A stretch of DNA of 64,000 nt, from NCBI RefSeq assembly GCF_006345805.1, contig NC_043008.1:124001-188000 (forward strand), given 5' to 3'. The number at the start of each line of letters is the position of its first letter. Within the stretch, counting starts at the first letter, position 1. Positions 38,320 through 50,990 of this stretch are shown here, one piece after another. The DNA comes from Octopus sinensis (taxonomy: Eukaryota). A program made the translations under genes and the position numbers. The notes beneath the pieces were generated by a model. The model was not told where the DNA came from and did no database searches. It saw only the letters and a list, made by a program, of their open reading frames with translations.

Positions 38320-38550
38320 ATTCTTTTCTACTCAGATACAAGGCCCGAAATTCTGGGGGAGGGGGCATGTCGATTAGACCACTCGAAAGGATGAAAGGCG
38401 GAGTTAGAACTCAGAACGTAAAGACAGACGAAATGCCACTAAGTATTTGGCCCGGTGTGCTAACGTTTCTGCCAGCTCGCCGCATTTCATTTCAAAGTTT
38501 GGCACAAGGCCAGCAATTTCAGGAGAGGGGATGAGTCAGTTACATCGACC
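38320..38550 (-). mobile_element. Family-1 SINE fragments
   Basis: Homology to the other copies. Confidence 0.75.
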
Positions 38551-38861
38551 CATATACGTACAGATATTGTAGACATACATATATGTCAAATATCCCTTTT
38601 TTTTTCGTAGATTGAAAACAGTGATGAAGAGCCATAATCAGTCATCGGCCCTCATTGGTGTCTCATCAGACGTTTCTAAATCACTTCAGGAACTCCACTG
38701 AAGCAAGTAGCAAATCCGTTTCTATTTTTATCAAATCTAGTAATTCCAGAGAAGTGGAGCTAATAATTTGCATAGTAAAGGTATCCCACACTCGATTTAA
38801 TATTGGAGGTTAGCCATACGCAACCACACATATTTATACGCACACGTATATATGTATATGT

Positions 38862-38892
<31 letters not shown>

Positions 38893-38987
38893 TATATTTA
38901 ATATATATATATATATATATATAAATATATAAATATATAATATACATACATACATACATACATACATACATACATACACACACACAC

Positions 38988-39034
<47 letters not shown>

Positions 39035-39142
39035 TTTATAAGAAGAGCTTCTACAGGACTAGAACTGTTTCATTCAAATGAAATCATCACCATGTATTGA
39101 GTACCTTATTTACTGTGGTTAACCCGACTCAACCCGGGACCT

Positions 39143-39180
<38 letters not shown>

Positions 39181-39687
39181 AAAGAAAAAGTGAAAGTAGA
39201 ATAATAATAAATAAAAAAACAAAGAAAGAGAAGAGAGAGAAAAGAAGGAATAAAAAAAAATAAAATAAAATAAAATAGACTACACACTACTATACATTCA
39301 CTGATAAAGTCTTAATGCAGTTCTACAAAAAGTGACAGTAGAAGACTACCACGCGTTTACAAATTCATGGTACATCTCCAATTTTTATAAAATTCCTCTC
39401 GCTTGCTTTCATTGTATGGTCTGTTTTTCTTTCAGTTAGATATCTGTCGTGCACTAAGTATTCTGTATTTATTCTTATAGCTATCACTTTTACTTTGCGT
39501 ACTTTTCCATTGTGATACAAATAAAATGAACCAAATATCTATTATATTTTTTCTTCCCCATTTTCTTTTGTTAATTTTATTATTTATAAGACAATATATA
39601 TATATATATATTGGCCATCGCCATGATTGATCGCTAGCCACTAAACCCAATTTTCTACTTTATGTCTGTGTTTATTTTCTCGTGTTC

Positions 39688-39723
39688 CTTTCTGTTGAAG
39701 AGCGTAGGCTCGAAACGTAAAGG
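39688..39723 (+). ncRNA. Minimal hammerhead-like motif, family A
   Basis: CUUU-CUGUUGA-A-GAGC(GUAG)GCUC-GAA-ACGU-A^-AAGG. Module spans 39608-39820. Confidence 0.55.
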
Positions 39724-39856
39724 ACTTTCTCACATTCCCGAGCATTACGCTAATACACCTGTTTGTTGTTTATACACCCGTCTTCGTCCTTTGTTTTTTT
39801 TTGTTTTTTATGATTCCATACATACATACATACATCATACATACATACATACATAC

Positions 39857-39915
<59 letters not shown>

Positions 39916-40371
39916 TATATATATTATATATATCTAGATATATATATATATATCTATATATATATATATATTAACGTATGTAGTTATATTTTCCTAACGA
40001 AATATATAGATTGCTTAGAAATGCTCAAGTCGATCCTGAGACGTGAGACAGGTATAAAAAAATAAAAGGAAAAATAATCAGATCAAGGAAACCACTTTCA
40101 ATACATATGTGTGCGGACTTGATTAAGATAAAATTCGCCCAAAATTCAAACCAGTATTAATTTATCGAGCATTGAAAAATATAGAAAAATACATTGATGA
40201 AATTCGCACGCATATGTGTTGAAAGTGGTTTACCTAATCTAAATTTTTTCCTTTCATAGTATATATATATATTGTATATTGTATATATATATATTTATTG
40301 TATGGTTCTTATCACCTTTTTCAACACGGTATTCTTCTATGTTCATGTGATACTCATTACCGAATTTTCAG

Positions 40372-40403
40372 GTGTACATATCGAACTTTTACTGCCAAAA
40401 GAG
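40372..40403 (+). CDS. Candidate 32-nt exon
   Basis: gaattttcAG acceptor and a strong GAG|gtaggt donor. All three frames are open (CTYRTFTAKR in the frame that joins the downstream exons). Confidence 0.4.
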
Positions 40404-41140
40404 GTAGGTCTATTTATGTACCAAGACAATTTTGACGGACTAAAATTTCCATGTAAAATGCTGCAGAATTTGGAAAAATATTGACGATGTTTGCACGACA
40501 TAGTTACAGTATGTACACCATCTGCCTCTGTGCCGGAAAATACGGAATCTCGTATTTTTAGAAATTTAGCTAACCCCACCACTTTAACATATAAATAGTT
40601 TATATTTTAGGTATTGTATTTTAATGGCTTTATCACAATATTAAATAGACTGTAAACACAAGTTTGTGTTTCTGACGATTTGTGAAATAAAAAAAATTGC
40701 TTCATATCGTAATATATCATTGCTTATTTATCTATTTGTTTATTTATTGAATTAAAAACTCGGCATCTTACATAAGAAGCAAAAAATAAAAAGGCAAACA
40801 AAAATCCTGTTTTGACAGGCGAACAGGTAACGAATTTTTATTTTGATATTTATAGTTTCATGTCAACATTATATTGAAATGATGTTAAACGAAACAACTG
40901 AAAACTGTTTCTATATAAACACACACATACAAACACACACACAAAAACACACAAACACAGACACACATATACATATATACTTATATATGTGTGTCTGTGT
41001 GTGCTTGTAAAGACATTTTCTGGTATTATTTTTAATTCTCTAGCCACAGTTGTTTCATCACAATATGAGGAAAAAGCATTATATCTATGTTGAGAATTAT
41101 ATGGATATTACGAATTCTTAATAAAATATAATAATATCTG

Positions 41141-41350
41141 AGGCGGTAAGTTGGCAGAATCGTTAGCACGCGGGAAAAATACTTAGCAGCATCCGTCTGT
41201 AAGTTCTGGGTTCAAATTCCACTGGGTTCGACTTTGCCTTTCATCCTTTCAGAGTCGATAAAATAAGTACCAGTTGAACACTGGCGTCGATGAAATCGAC
41301 TTAGTCCTTCGAACTCGAAATTGCTGGCCTTGTGCCAAAATTTGAAACTA
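41141..41350 (+). mobile_element. Family-1 SINE
   Basis: Box A and box B plus the body. Confidence 0.8.
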
Positions 41351-41489
41351 ATATGATAATATAGTATTAAGTATCCTTGTGTGTTTCGCCATATTGAGTA
41401 TCAGAAATAATAAAATTACTTCATGAGAATACTGCTCGGTTTTAATCACATTTTATGGATATTTATATTGTCTATCTTTTACCTTTCAC

Positions 41490-41693
41490 TTGCTTCAATC
41501 ATTAGAATGTGGCCAGTCTGGGGCAACGCCTTGAAGAATTTATTTTAGTCGAATGTAGGGACCCTAGCATTCGCTTTTTAAAAGCCTGCCACTTATTCTA
41601 TCAGACTCCTTTTCCTTACCCGCTAAGTTACAGGGACGAAAACACGCCAGTACCGGTGGTCGAGCATTGGCGGGTGTCAAACACAGATACAAA

Positions 41694-41725
<32 letters not shown>
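41490..41725 (-). mobile_element. SINE family 2, 3' half
   Basis: Homology. It abuts the mariner fragment through (CA)n. Confidence 0.7.
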
Positions 41726-41726
<1 letters not shown>

Positions 41727-41729
<3 letters not shown>

Positions 41730-42077
41730 CTCTCTTCGCATAGGTTTACCGCCAAAGACAACATGGTATCGCCTCTGTATCCGCCCTGTTTCCCAGATTT
41801 AGCACCTGCAGACTTCCATCTCTCTCCCAAGATGAAAATTCTGCCCAAAGGTCGCCGTTTTAACACCGTTGTCGAGATCCAGAGAAAATCGCAGAAGGTC
41901 CTCGACTCACTTACGGAAAACGACTTCCAGGCCGTATTCCAAAAGTGGCAGGAACGCTGCAACTGGTGTATTGCTGCGCAAGGTGACTATTTCAAAGGAG
42001 ACGCTGCTAAAACTTAGGTAAATAAGTTATTTTTTATTAAACATAACTAGTCCAATAACTTTTCATACCACTACGTA
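41727..42077 (+). mobile_element. Mariner 3' fragment with TIR
   Basis: LYPPCFPDLAPADFHLSPKMKILPKGRRF...FQKWQERCNWCIAAQGDYF* (YSPDLAPxD motif), with a TIR-like end ..CATACCACTACGTA. Confidence 0.85.
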
Positions 42078-42917
42078 TATATGTATGCGTGTGATATTGT
42101 ATAACTCTGTATATATGTGAAGGTTTTTAGCGTTTATACTTATGATGTTGTAGAAGTGTATATGTGTGTGTAGTATGTTATAGCTGTTTGGACACGTGTA
42201 TGAAATTGTAGAAGTGTACATATATATGTGTGTGTGTGTTATATAAATGTCTATATATTTTTCATTGATAGGTGTATGTATAAGGTATTGTAGGGGTGTA
42301 TATATATGTGCGTGGTATTGTATAAAAGTATACGTGTATATAGCATTGATAGATGTATGTATATAGCATTGATAGACGTGTAGCATTGTAAGAGTGTATG
42401 TGTGTGTGGTGGCATAGTACAAGTATTAATGAATATTTTTACAAAAACAGCTGAAAATCTTCAGAAATTCTCTCCTTGTAAAGAGAGAACAAAATCCATT
42501 GGAAACCTGAATCTCCTGTGTATTCTTTATCGATCAACTCCTACAGACCGTGCGGGTGAATGTCCTTTTTATACTTTATGAGATATAGGCCACAAACGTA
42601 AATGGTTTTACATATACTTTATATATTCTTCTATGGATAAATTAGAATACCAGTAGTCGAACATTGGCGGGGTTTAAACACTGATACAAAGACACACACA
42701 TGCACACGAGCTCTCTTCACTCATGGGTTTATCGCCAAACACAACATGGTATCGCCTCTGCATCCGCCCTGTCTGCCAGATTTACCACCTGCTAATTTCT
42801 GTCTATATACTTCATATATTCTTCTATGGATAAAGTAGAAATTTACCTGAAGGCACCCTGATTACACTCTTATGAGATTTCTTTTCATTCAATATTCCGT
42901 AGGTTTCTCCTTTGTAG

Positions 42918-42938
42918 GTGGTGGGCAGTTCGCAGACG
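42918..42938 (+). CDS. Candidate 21-nt microexon (phase 1/1; GGGQFAD), with an alternative acceptor 15 nt upstream
   Basis: gtttctcctttgtAG acceptor and ACG|gttagc donor. It is frame-preserving between the 40372 and 46911 candidates. Confidence 0.35.
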
Positions 42939-42999
42939 GTTAGCGAGTTGGGACGAACTGTCGTGCACTGGTCCTCCCAGTTCTTTTATCTTTACTTCT

Positions 43000-43350
43000 T
43001 TTGTTTTTCCAGTCATTCGACTGCGGCCATGCTGGTGCACTGCTCTGAAGGATTTTTTTATCGAATAAATTCTACAACAAACACCCATCCCACCCCCTGT
43101 ATTTATTTCTATTTTTTAACCGAACCGGTTAAATTAAAGGAACGTAAACAAACCAATACTGGTTGCCAAGCAGTAGTAAATGGCAACACAAACACACACA
43201 CACACACACATGTATATTGTACACAACAGGCATCCTCACAGTTTCCATATATAAAATTCACTAAGAAGGCATCGGTCGGTCTGGGGCTATAGCAAAAGAC
43301 ACCAGTCTAATGTATCGCACACCGGGACTGAACCCCAAACCTCATGGCTT
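43000..43350 (-). mobile_element. SINE family 2, diverged
   Basis: 3' stem-loop CAGTCGAATGACTG plus head homology. Confidence 0.7.
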
Positions 43351-44298
43351 CCATATGTCTAGATTAATTTCATCTTTAATCCTTTCGTATTCGATAAAAT
43401 AAAGTATCATCCCATAGCTGTAGATTGTTAGTTGTTTCAAGTTTACAATATTTACTTCGATTAAGGCGGCGAGCTGGCAGAATTCCTTTTGTTTATTTTA
43501 TTTCATGCATTTGTATTCACTCTGATGAAGCTCCATGTTCTAGATCGAATATGCTATGAAGATGGCGAATATTATTTTTGGAATTTCTTTCGCAAGGACC
43601 GACTAACATTGGCAGCAGAAACGGCCGTAAGAAATGCTGTCATGTTTTCTATAAAAAAATATTGGTCAATTTGTTTGTTGATCTAAAGTTTTCTCCACAT
43701 TCTGATTATTTATATTTTATTCCTGATAAACGTTTGTTTATTCTGTTGTTACCTGTACCCTATGGGCGTAGTGTGCCTGTATACCCATGCCCAGGGTTAA
43801 CATAGGTAAATGATACTGATAGTAAAAACGGATACTATTAGACAGTTATTCTAATCGCTAACTTTTATATATATATATATATATAGTAATATGGGGGAAT
43901 ATTATTCCAAACTTACAGGGAAAAATTCAATTTTCACAAAATATAATATATATATATATAAATTAGAAAAAATATATATATAAGAGTGTATAAAATATTG
44001 TTATACCCAAAGAGAAGACCATTGATAGGACTCCTTACATGCTAAAAATGGCATATATATATATATAATGGACTACCTTGTCGCAGACAATGTATGAGCA
44101 TTCAGCTTTTGCCGAATGACCTGAACAAATGATTTGTTTATAGTGATCAAATGTTCGTGTCGAACACTACCTCACATTCTTCTTCAAATTGACGTTGCCT
44201 GAACAGGTGCACACTGTGTCACGCATCAGGTGACAACATGATCGCAGAGCATCTATCTATTTATCTATCTATCCATCTATCTATCTATCTATCAATCA

Positions 44299-44401
<103 letters not shown>

Positions 44402-44512
44402 ATCTACCTATCTATCTAATAATAAAAAGTTAAAATTAATTAATTATTAATTAATAATTTTACCAAGTAGCTCGGTACGTTAAAATAACCTTTCTTAGGT
44501 AAAATAATGCAA

Positions 44513-44763
44513 ATATTCTACAATTATAAACATAATTATAATCAGGGGTCAGCTAATTGCTTCACCACGCATCATATTTAGAAATAGGAGTTAAATAACT
44601 TTCCTGGTACTATAAAGATCTCCCAGACAATAACACAATTTTTTTACTTTGGGAGATCCTTATAGTAGCAGAAAAGGCATTTTAACTCCTATTTCTAAAT
44701 TCAGTGCATGGGGAAGCAATTAGCCGACCCCTGATAATAATTATGTTTATAATTATAGAATAT
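44513..44763. repeat. Inverted repeat, about 113-bp arms
   Basis: Arms 44513-44625 and 44650-44763. The left arm is related to 28600-28745. Confidence 0.8.
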
Positions 44764-44891
44764 ATATATATATATATAACATAATATAATATATTATATA
44801 TATATACACAGATGAATATGGTACTTAAGTTAAAGGCACCAGAATTTTGTATGGTATTATCCATATAAATCAAAAGGGGTGATTATAATCC

Positions 44892-44971
44892 AAATAAGCA
44901 GCAAGGATAGTAGTACAATCGTTTCATGAAACGATTGTACTACTCTACTTGGATATCCTTGTTGCTTATTT
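44892..44971. repeat. Perfect 36-bp palindrome with outer inverted arms
   Basis: AGTAGTACAATCGTTTCA|TGAAACGATTGTACTACT (44909-44944), plus AAATAAGCAGCAAGGATA / TATCCTTGTTGCTTATTT. Confidence 0.9.
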
Positions 44972-44978
44972 TGAGCAT

Positions 44979-45027
<49 letters not shown>

Positions 45028-45775
45028 GTTTTTTACCTACCGTTTGAAATCGATAGAATAGCTACCATGCTATAAAAAGGAAGTGCTGGGGTCGATTTAT
45101 TCGACTAAAATTTCAAGGTGGTGCTCTAGCATGGCCGCAGTCTAATGACGGAAACAAGTAAAAGAAGATAAAAGAATATATATACATATATGTGAAACAA
45201 AGTCGGAGAAGCCCACCAGGCGAGTGGTGTTTCTCGTACTATCTATAAATGACATTTTAAATACATTAGTATGTTACTTCTCTTTGTAAAAGGTATTTAA
45301 ATAACAATAGACCAAGCGAAAGAATATAAAAACTAATGCGAAACAACATTAGAAAAAAACTATTAATTTACGTCAGAGCTTCAGTGTTTGGGTGTTCACC
45401 AACGGTTCTATTGTTTTCTATATCAAACTAACCGAATAAAGCCGAGGCTTATATAACGTCGCATTTTCCAAGCGTGAGATGAAGACAGCTGGTAGGTTGA
45501 ACATATGTGACGTCATACACATATGCCCCACTTTCGTCTGTGCAGCCTTCATATTGTCCATGTATAAACATAAACATACACACACATGCACACACATACA
45601 CAAGCACATACACACACACACACACACATATATAGTTTACCTATTCTAATAACAATACTTCTGTAAACAGTAAAAGGCTATACTTTATTGTATGAGTTAC
45701 ATTGTTACAAATACATTACTTTGAATATATATATGTATATATATATCTATATATATATATAATATATAATATATA

Positions 45776-45822
<47 letters not shown>

Positions 45823-46259
45823 GTATATGTAAGTATGTATGTATACATACGCCTGTACGCACCCCACCCACACATATATTTCGTATTTGTCTAAGTGAAT
45901 AAATAGATGAGTGAAAATCTAACCAGTGAGTGTGTAGAATAATAAGGCGCTAAAAGAGAATAGCTCTCCCCAGACACAATTATATATATATATATATACA
46001 TTCATATACACATACCTCTATATGAATAGTTATATGTTTGATTTATCTCTCCCTAGCTACCTATCTGTCTGTTTATCTATCTAATTCCTAAGTGGGTAAT
46101 GTTCTAGAAAAGTATAACTGCATGTGGTGATTAATCTGAGGCCTGGGTGGGCGAGATGGATAGAAGATGGATGACGTGATGGGAACGGATGAATGTGTAA
46201 GAAGTGTCGCAGTGTCACTAGCATAATATCAGTGAGAATCTGAAGGGCAGAGGCCAAAA

Positions 46260-46440
46260 ATTCCGGTGACCCTCTCCATTTTAAACCCAGTAGAGCAGAT
46301 TCTTTCTTTGCGCCTTGAACTTTCTCTCCACTTTACTCTCCAAATGAAGCTTGAAAAATCAATGAGGGAGAGTTTGATGGACAGGAAATGTGCCTGTCTT
46401 CAGTTCTTTCAGTTGCGTCTATTAGAGAACCTGGGAAGGC
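46260..46440 (-). mobile_element. Second Tx1/L1-like ORF2 C-terminal remnant
   Basis: TGTF...FFKLHLESKVERK parallels TGTF...FFSYHLGSKIRLEKK at 32626-32994. Confidence 0.45.
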
Positions 46441-46910
46441 GGTGGGGGAAGATCCCACCGATAATCGAATATGTCCTACATGTGACAACAGCTGTTCAAT
46501 AAAATTTCACATATCAATTAAGCTCGCCTACTGAACGCGAGCGTGCAGAACTGTTTCATTACCAAACATATCACTGACGGGGCAGACTGACGTCAATTAT
46601 TTGAATATAGAATTTGTCTTGAACCATCAATATTCCTGGTAGCAATGCAGGATCAAAAATTTCAGGAAGTTACCCATAGTTCTAGGGTTGAAATTTCTTC
46701 GAAAAAAGTGCAGACACTTGATTCTTATTTCTTTATTGCCCACAAGGGGCTAAACATAGAGGGGACAAACAAGGACAAGTGCAGATACTTGATTCTTACT
46801 AACACACTGAGTTTCTTCGTGTACATTTTCACTCTTCTGTATGATAGAATTCTAACGTGAAACTTTCCAAGTGCATCACGTGACGAGTAGAATTCTGTAT
46901 TTATGAACAG

Positions 46911-46999
46911 AGGGCTTCCCAGACCCTATGTTGATCCGAGACTGCATATCTTCAAAGAGGCGAGCTGACAATGAGCTCACCGCCCAGGAATCTCTGCAG
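46911..46999 (+). CDS. Candidate 89-nt exon (phase 1/0; GFPDPMLIRDCISSKRRADNELTAQESLQ)
   Basis: tatttatgaacAG acceptor and CAG|gtatca donor. A single frame is open across the exon, and it is a GC-richer non-repetitive island. Confidence 0.5.
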
Positions 47000-47282
47000 G
47001 TATCACAATCTCTGTGTACGTCTGAGAGTCGATCAATCACATTCTACCGAAGCTACCCTCTTCATAGTGAAATGCGTGTGTTGCACGAAAAGACCAATCT
47101 AGTCTGATAAGGGACAAGGCACGACGGTCAGGCGCTAATAAATAAGAGAAGCGATGAGAGCGTTCGGCATCCTAGCCCGTCATTTCAGGGACAGTGTTTT
47201 TCACATCCTATTTCTGTAACCAGGTCCAGACCGACATAAATCGCTAGCAATGTTCCACTTACCACTCTCTGTCTGTCTCTCA

Positions 47283-47323
<41 letters not shown>

Positions 47324-47715
47324 AGTTGACGAGATGCGAGCCTACCTGATGTTTGGGTTAATCTTGCCCCTGTCCCATTAGAACAGTGTTGGCAAGTTGA
47401 CTTCCAAGCTATACGACACCAATAAGAAGACACTTCTCCATAAGGTCGCACAGTTTGGGGGCAGACTACGGCCAATTTCATCGATTTCAATCCTCGACTA
47501 ATACTTATTTTATCAACTATAGAAAGATTTAAAGGGCAGCTGACTTCAGAAGGATTTGAACTCAGAAACTGAAACAACCCCATTCAACACCGCACAGTAT
47601 TTAGTCCGTTGCTCAACAGACTCTATTATATAGGTGTTTTAAAACAACCACTGCCATTTTATTTTATTTCCATTTCTCTTTTCTCGTTTCTCTTTATTTC
47701 CTGAATCTTCCCTCA

Positions 47716-47772
<57 letters not shown>

Positions 47773-47977
47773 ACTCTCTCTTATACACACATATACACTT
47801 TCTCCTTTTCTCTCTTCGTACACCCCCACTTATACACGCTCATATATACTCTCGTTTTCGCCGTGCCCAACTCTCTCTCCATCTCTCTCTCTTTCTCTAT
47901 GTATCTATGTATCTATCTATGCTTCTATGTATGTATGTATGTATGTATGTATGTATGTATGTATGTATGTATGTATG

Positions 47978-48035
<58 letters not shown>

Positions 48036-48528
48036 ACCTATCTATTTACAGTTGGTCTGTAACCTAGTAGCACGTATTAATGTTCTCTGAAACGTGCTCC
48101 CTATTGTAAACAGTGCCTGTCTGTAATACAATACTATAATACATTATTGTAATATATAGGCCACAAACATTGTATACAGTTAATGTTATTAAGCAGAAAG
48201 GGAGAATGGTAGCATTGATGTGCTTTCGCTACTAGTCTAGATCTAAGAGAGGGCATTTACACAGAGTTCAGGAATTTTTGTGGTATTGTGAACTCTTATT
48301 GTTTCTCTTATGCTACCCACACATTCTTTGAGGGGGTGAAAGAAAGAGTTAACCCATTAAATGGTTTTTTTTCATATTTTAATTGTTATATAGTTTATAT
48401 TAAATCGCTTTTATAACTAAAATTGCTCCATTTTTCTGGTTTTGTCTCCGTTTCTTTTCTTTGTTTTCTCTTGTTCTGTTGCATTTTTCTCGGTTTTGGT
48501 AAATAAAGAATTATTGTTATTATTATTG

Positions 48529-48575
<47 letters not shown>

Positions 48576-48594
48576 GTTGTTGTTGTTGTTGTTT

Positions 48595-49310
48595 TACTTC
48601 TCAAAGCATTCGGTCTTGTTTGTTCTGGTAGATCCTGGGAGATAGAACGGCAGCCTGCTGCCAGAGGTCTCACGGGGTCTCTTTCTGCACATTGACACTT
48701 GGTTGTTAACTATCGTGAGAGACATTCAACACGCAAGAACCATTCTCAAAATCCTAGATGTTCCCGGCAGACCAACTTTTTGGCCTTGCTCTGCTCTCAT
48801 GTCAATTCTGATATCTTTGACATATTTCTCGAATTTGGTTGTTAGGGTTCCGAGTGCCCCTACAACAACTGGATAGACAGACACTCTCCTCATTCTTGCA
48901 ATTTCATCTTTGAGAAGTCCGTACTTTGCATCTTTTCTAGTTCTTTGACACTTATGCGTGCATCTCCAGGTATTGCAATATCTATGATCTTGTATTATTA
49001 CTTGATGAAAATTCTCAGCTTATTTTGCTGGGTTTGATAGTAAGTGACAACTGTTCACACCCCGCAGACTAAGGTGACACTTTTTACTGATCATGCTTCA
49101 AGAACTCCGGAGAAAAATCTTGCAGTTTTAAGCAATGAAGATTTTTATAGGCGTTCTATCTTTACATTTGTAGCAATCTTTTAGAACCATGTTGGTAGTT
49201 AAGTACTGATACTTCCAAGTGCACCAATTACTACTGGTATCACGTCCACTCTCTTCATTGCTCACAATCTGCGTATTTCTCGAGATGCACGTAGGGTGAC
49301 AAAACTGCTC
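48595..49310 (-). mobile_element. Two adjacent R4/Dong-like (restriction-like endonuclease) LINE 3' ends
   Basis: IIDIAIPGDARI..KELEK..KYGLLKDEIARM..PVVVGALG...GTSRILRMVL*, and upstream a second ..KIERL*KS.LL.TAR....VLEA*. They lie next to (TTA/TTG)n. Confidence 0.75.
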
Positions 49311-49355
49311 TGCGTGCATTCAGCCAGTACCCGAGCGGTGCTAACATGTGGGTTT

Positions 49356-49829
49356 ATGTCGAACACCTGCTGTCACGTGTAGGACGGATCCGGTTATCGG
49401 CCCACTCCATTGGCCGGGAAGGGCAAACAGACTTTATCCGACTGGTGGTCTTATCGAAAGAGGTTGTGCATTGGACTAGAATGAAGGAGTTGAAGGCAGA
49501 CACTTTCCTGTTCATGTCGAACACCTGCTGTCACGTGTGGGATGGATCCGGTTATCGGCCCACTCCATTGGCCGGGAAGGGCAAACAGACTTCATCCGAC
49601 TGGTGGTCTTATCGAAAGAGGTTGTGCATTGGACTAGAATGAAGGAGTTGAAGGCAGACACTTTCCTGTTCATGTCGAACACCTGCTGTCACGTGTGGGA
49701 TGGATCCGGTTATCGGCCCACTCCATTGGCCGGGAAGGGCAAACAGACTTCATCCGACTGGTGGTCTTATCGAAAGAGGTTGTGCATTGGACTAGAATGA
49801 AAAAACTGAAGGCAGACACTTTCCTGTTT
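49356..49829 (+). repeat. Tandem repeat, 3 x 158 bp
   Basis: ATGTCGAACACCTGCTGTCACGTG starts at 49356, 49514 and 49672. Copies 2 and 3 are almost identical. Confidence 0.95.
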
Positions 49830-50234
49830 AGTCAAGACCTCATCAATTGTTTCAAGTTCCACTTGTAAAGGTAGTGAGGGAAGTGCTGCTACCGTCCACT
49901 AAATTTGCTGAAGAATAGAAGAATGCCGTAAGGACGGTCCGAGTGAACGGTCCTGCTCTGAATATGCGTCTGTAGACTGAGGGCGTCAGAGCAACCCAGT
50001 TCAGTGAGGATACCCCAGTTTGCCCTCGGAAGTCCCCTCCATTTCGTGGGAATTTTTCTTCCTTGGATTTTCTTGAATTTTCTTTGATGTTGCTAGTATA
50101 CTGTTTACACTTTCATGTAACTCCTCATCATATCGTATTGCATGGCACCGCCCTTACAGTTCTTGCTATTTCTGTAAACCCTAAGTAGTTAATAAAAAAA
50201 CCCACCAACACCAGCAGCAGCACCATCACCACCA

Positions 50235-50990
50235 AGGTCGACTTTGCCTTTCATCTTTCCGGGTTCGATTAACTAAATACCATTTCCGTACTGGGGTCGA
50301 TTTAATCGACTGGCTCCCGTGATCTGAGATGGCAGAGTAAGCTGGGAATTTACGTGTAGGGTTTTCCATCGAATTACCCTAAGAGGACTTACCCCAATAG
50401 TGAAGCTTCTATTTATTTATTTATTTATTTATTTTTCATGATTCTATTTTCTACATGTTTTGTTATACCCTTATTGTTGTTGTTGTTGGCTCCTTTTGAT
50501 CGACGTCAACCCCCACCTTTTTGCGTTTTGTATTTTTTTCTTTGATATTGTTCTCAACGTCTTGGGTGCCAATATGGCCAATAAAATTTCTGTCGTTATT
50601 AAGGCTGCGAGCTGGCAGAATCGATAGCATGCTGGGAAAAATGCTTAGCGGAATTTCGTCTGCCGCTCCGTTCTGAGTTCAAATTCCGCCGAGGTCGACT
50701 TTGCCTTTCATCGTTTTGGGGTCGATAAATTAAATAGCAGTTACGAACTGGGATCGATGTAATCGACTTAATCCGTTTGTCTGTCCGTGTTTGCCCCCCA
50801 CTACCTATGTTTATCCCCTTGTGGGCAATAAAGAAATAAGAATCGTTGGCACGATGGGCAAAATGCTTAGAGGAATTTCGTTTGTCTTTACGTTCTGCCA
50901 AGGTCGACTTTGCCTTTCACCCCTTTCGGGGTCGTTGAAGTAAGTACCAGCTGAGCACTGACTTTGAGTCAAAATTTGAAACCAATATTG
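50235..50990 (+). mobile_element. Cluster of family-1 SINEs (full copy at 50601-50840)
   Basis: Box A TGGCAGAATCG and box B GAGTTCAAATTCC plus the body. Confidence 0.8.

Noticed and set aside
49356-49829. CRISPR-like array
   Set aside because: The 158-bp units are contiguous with no unique spacers, there are no cas genes, and the context is eukaryotic.
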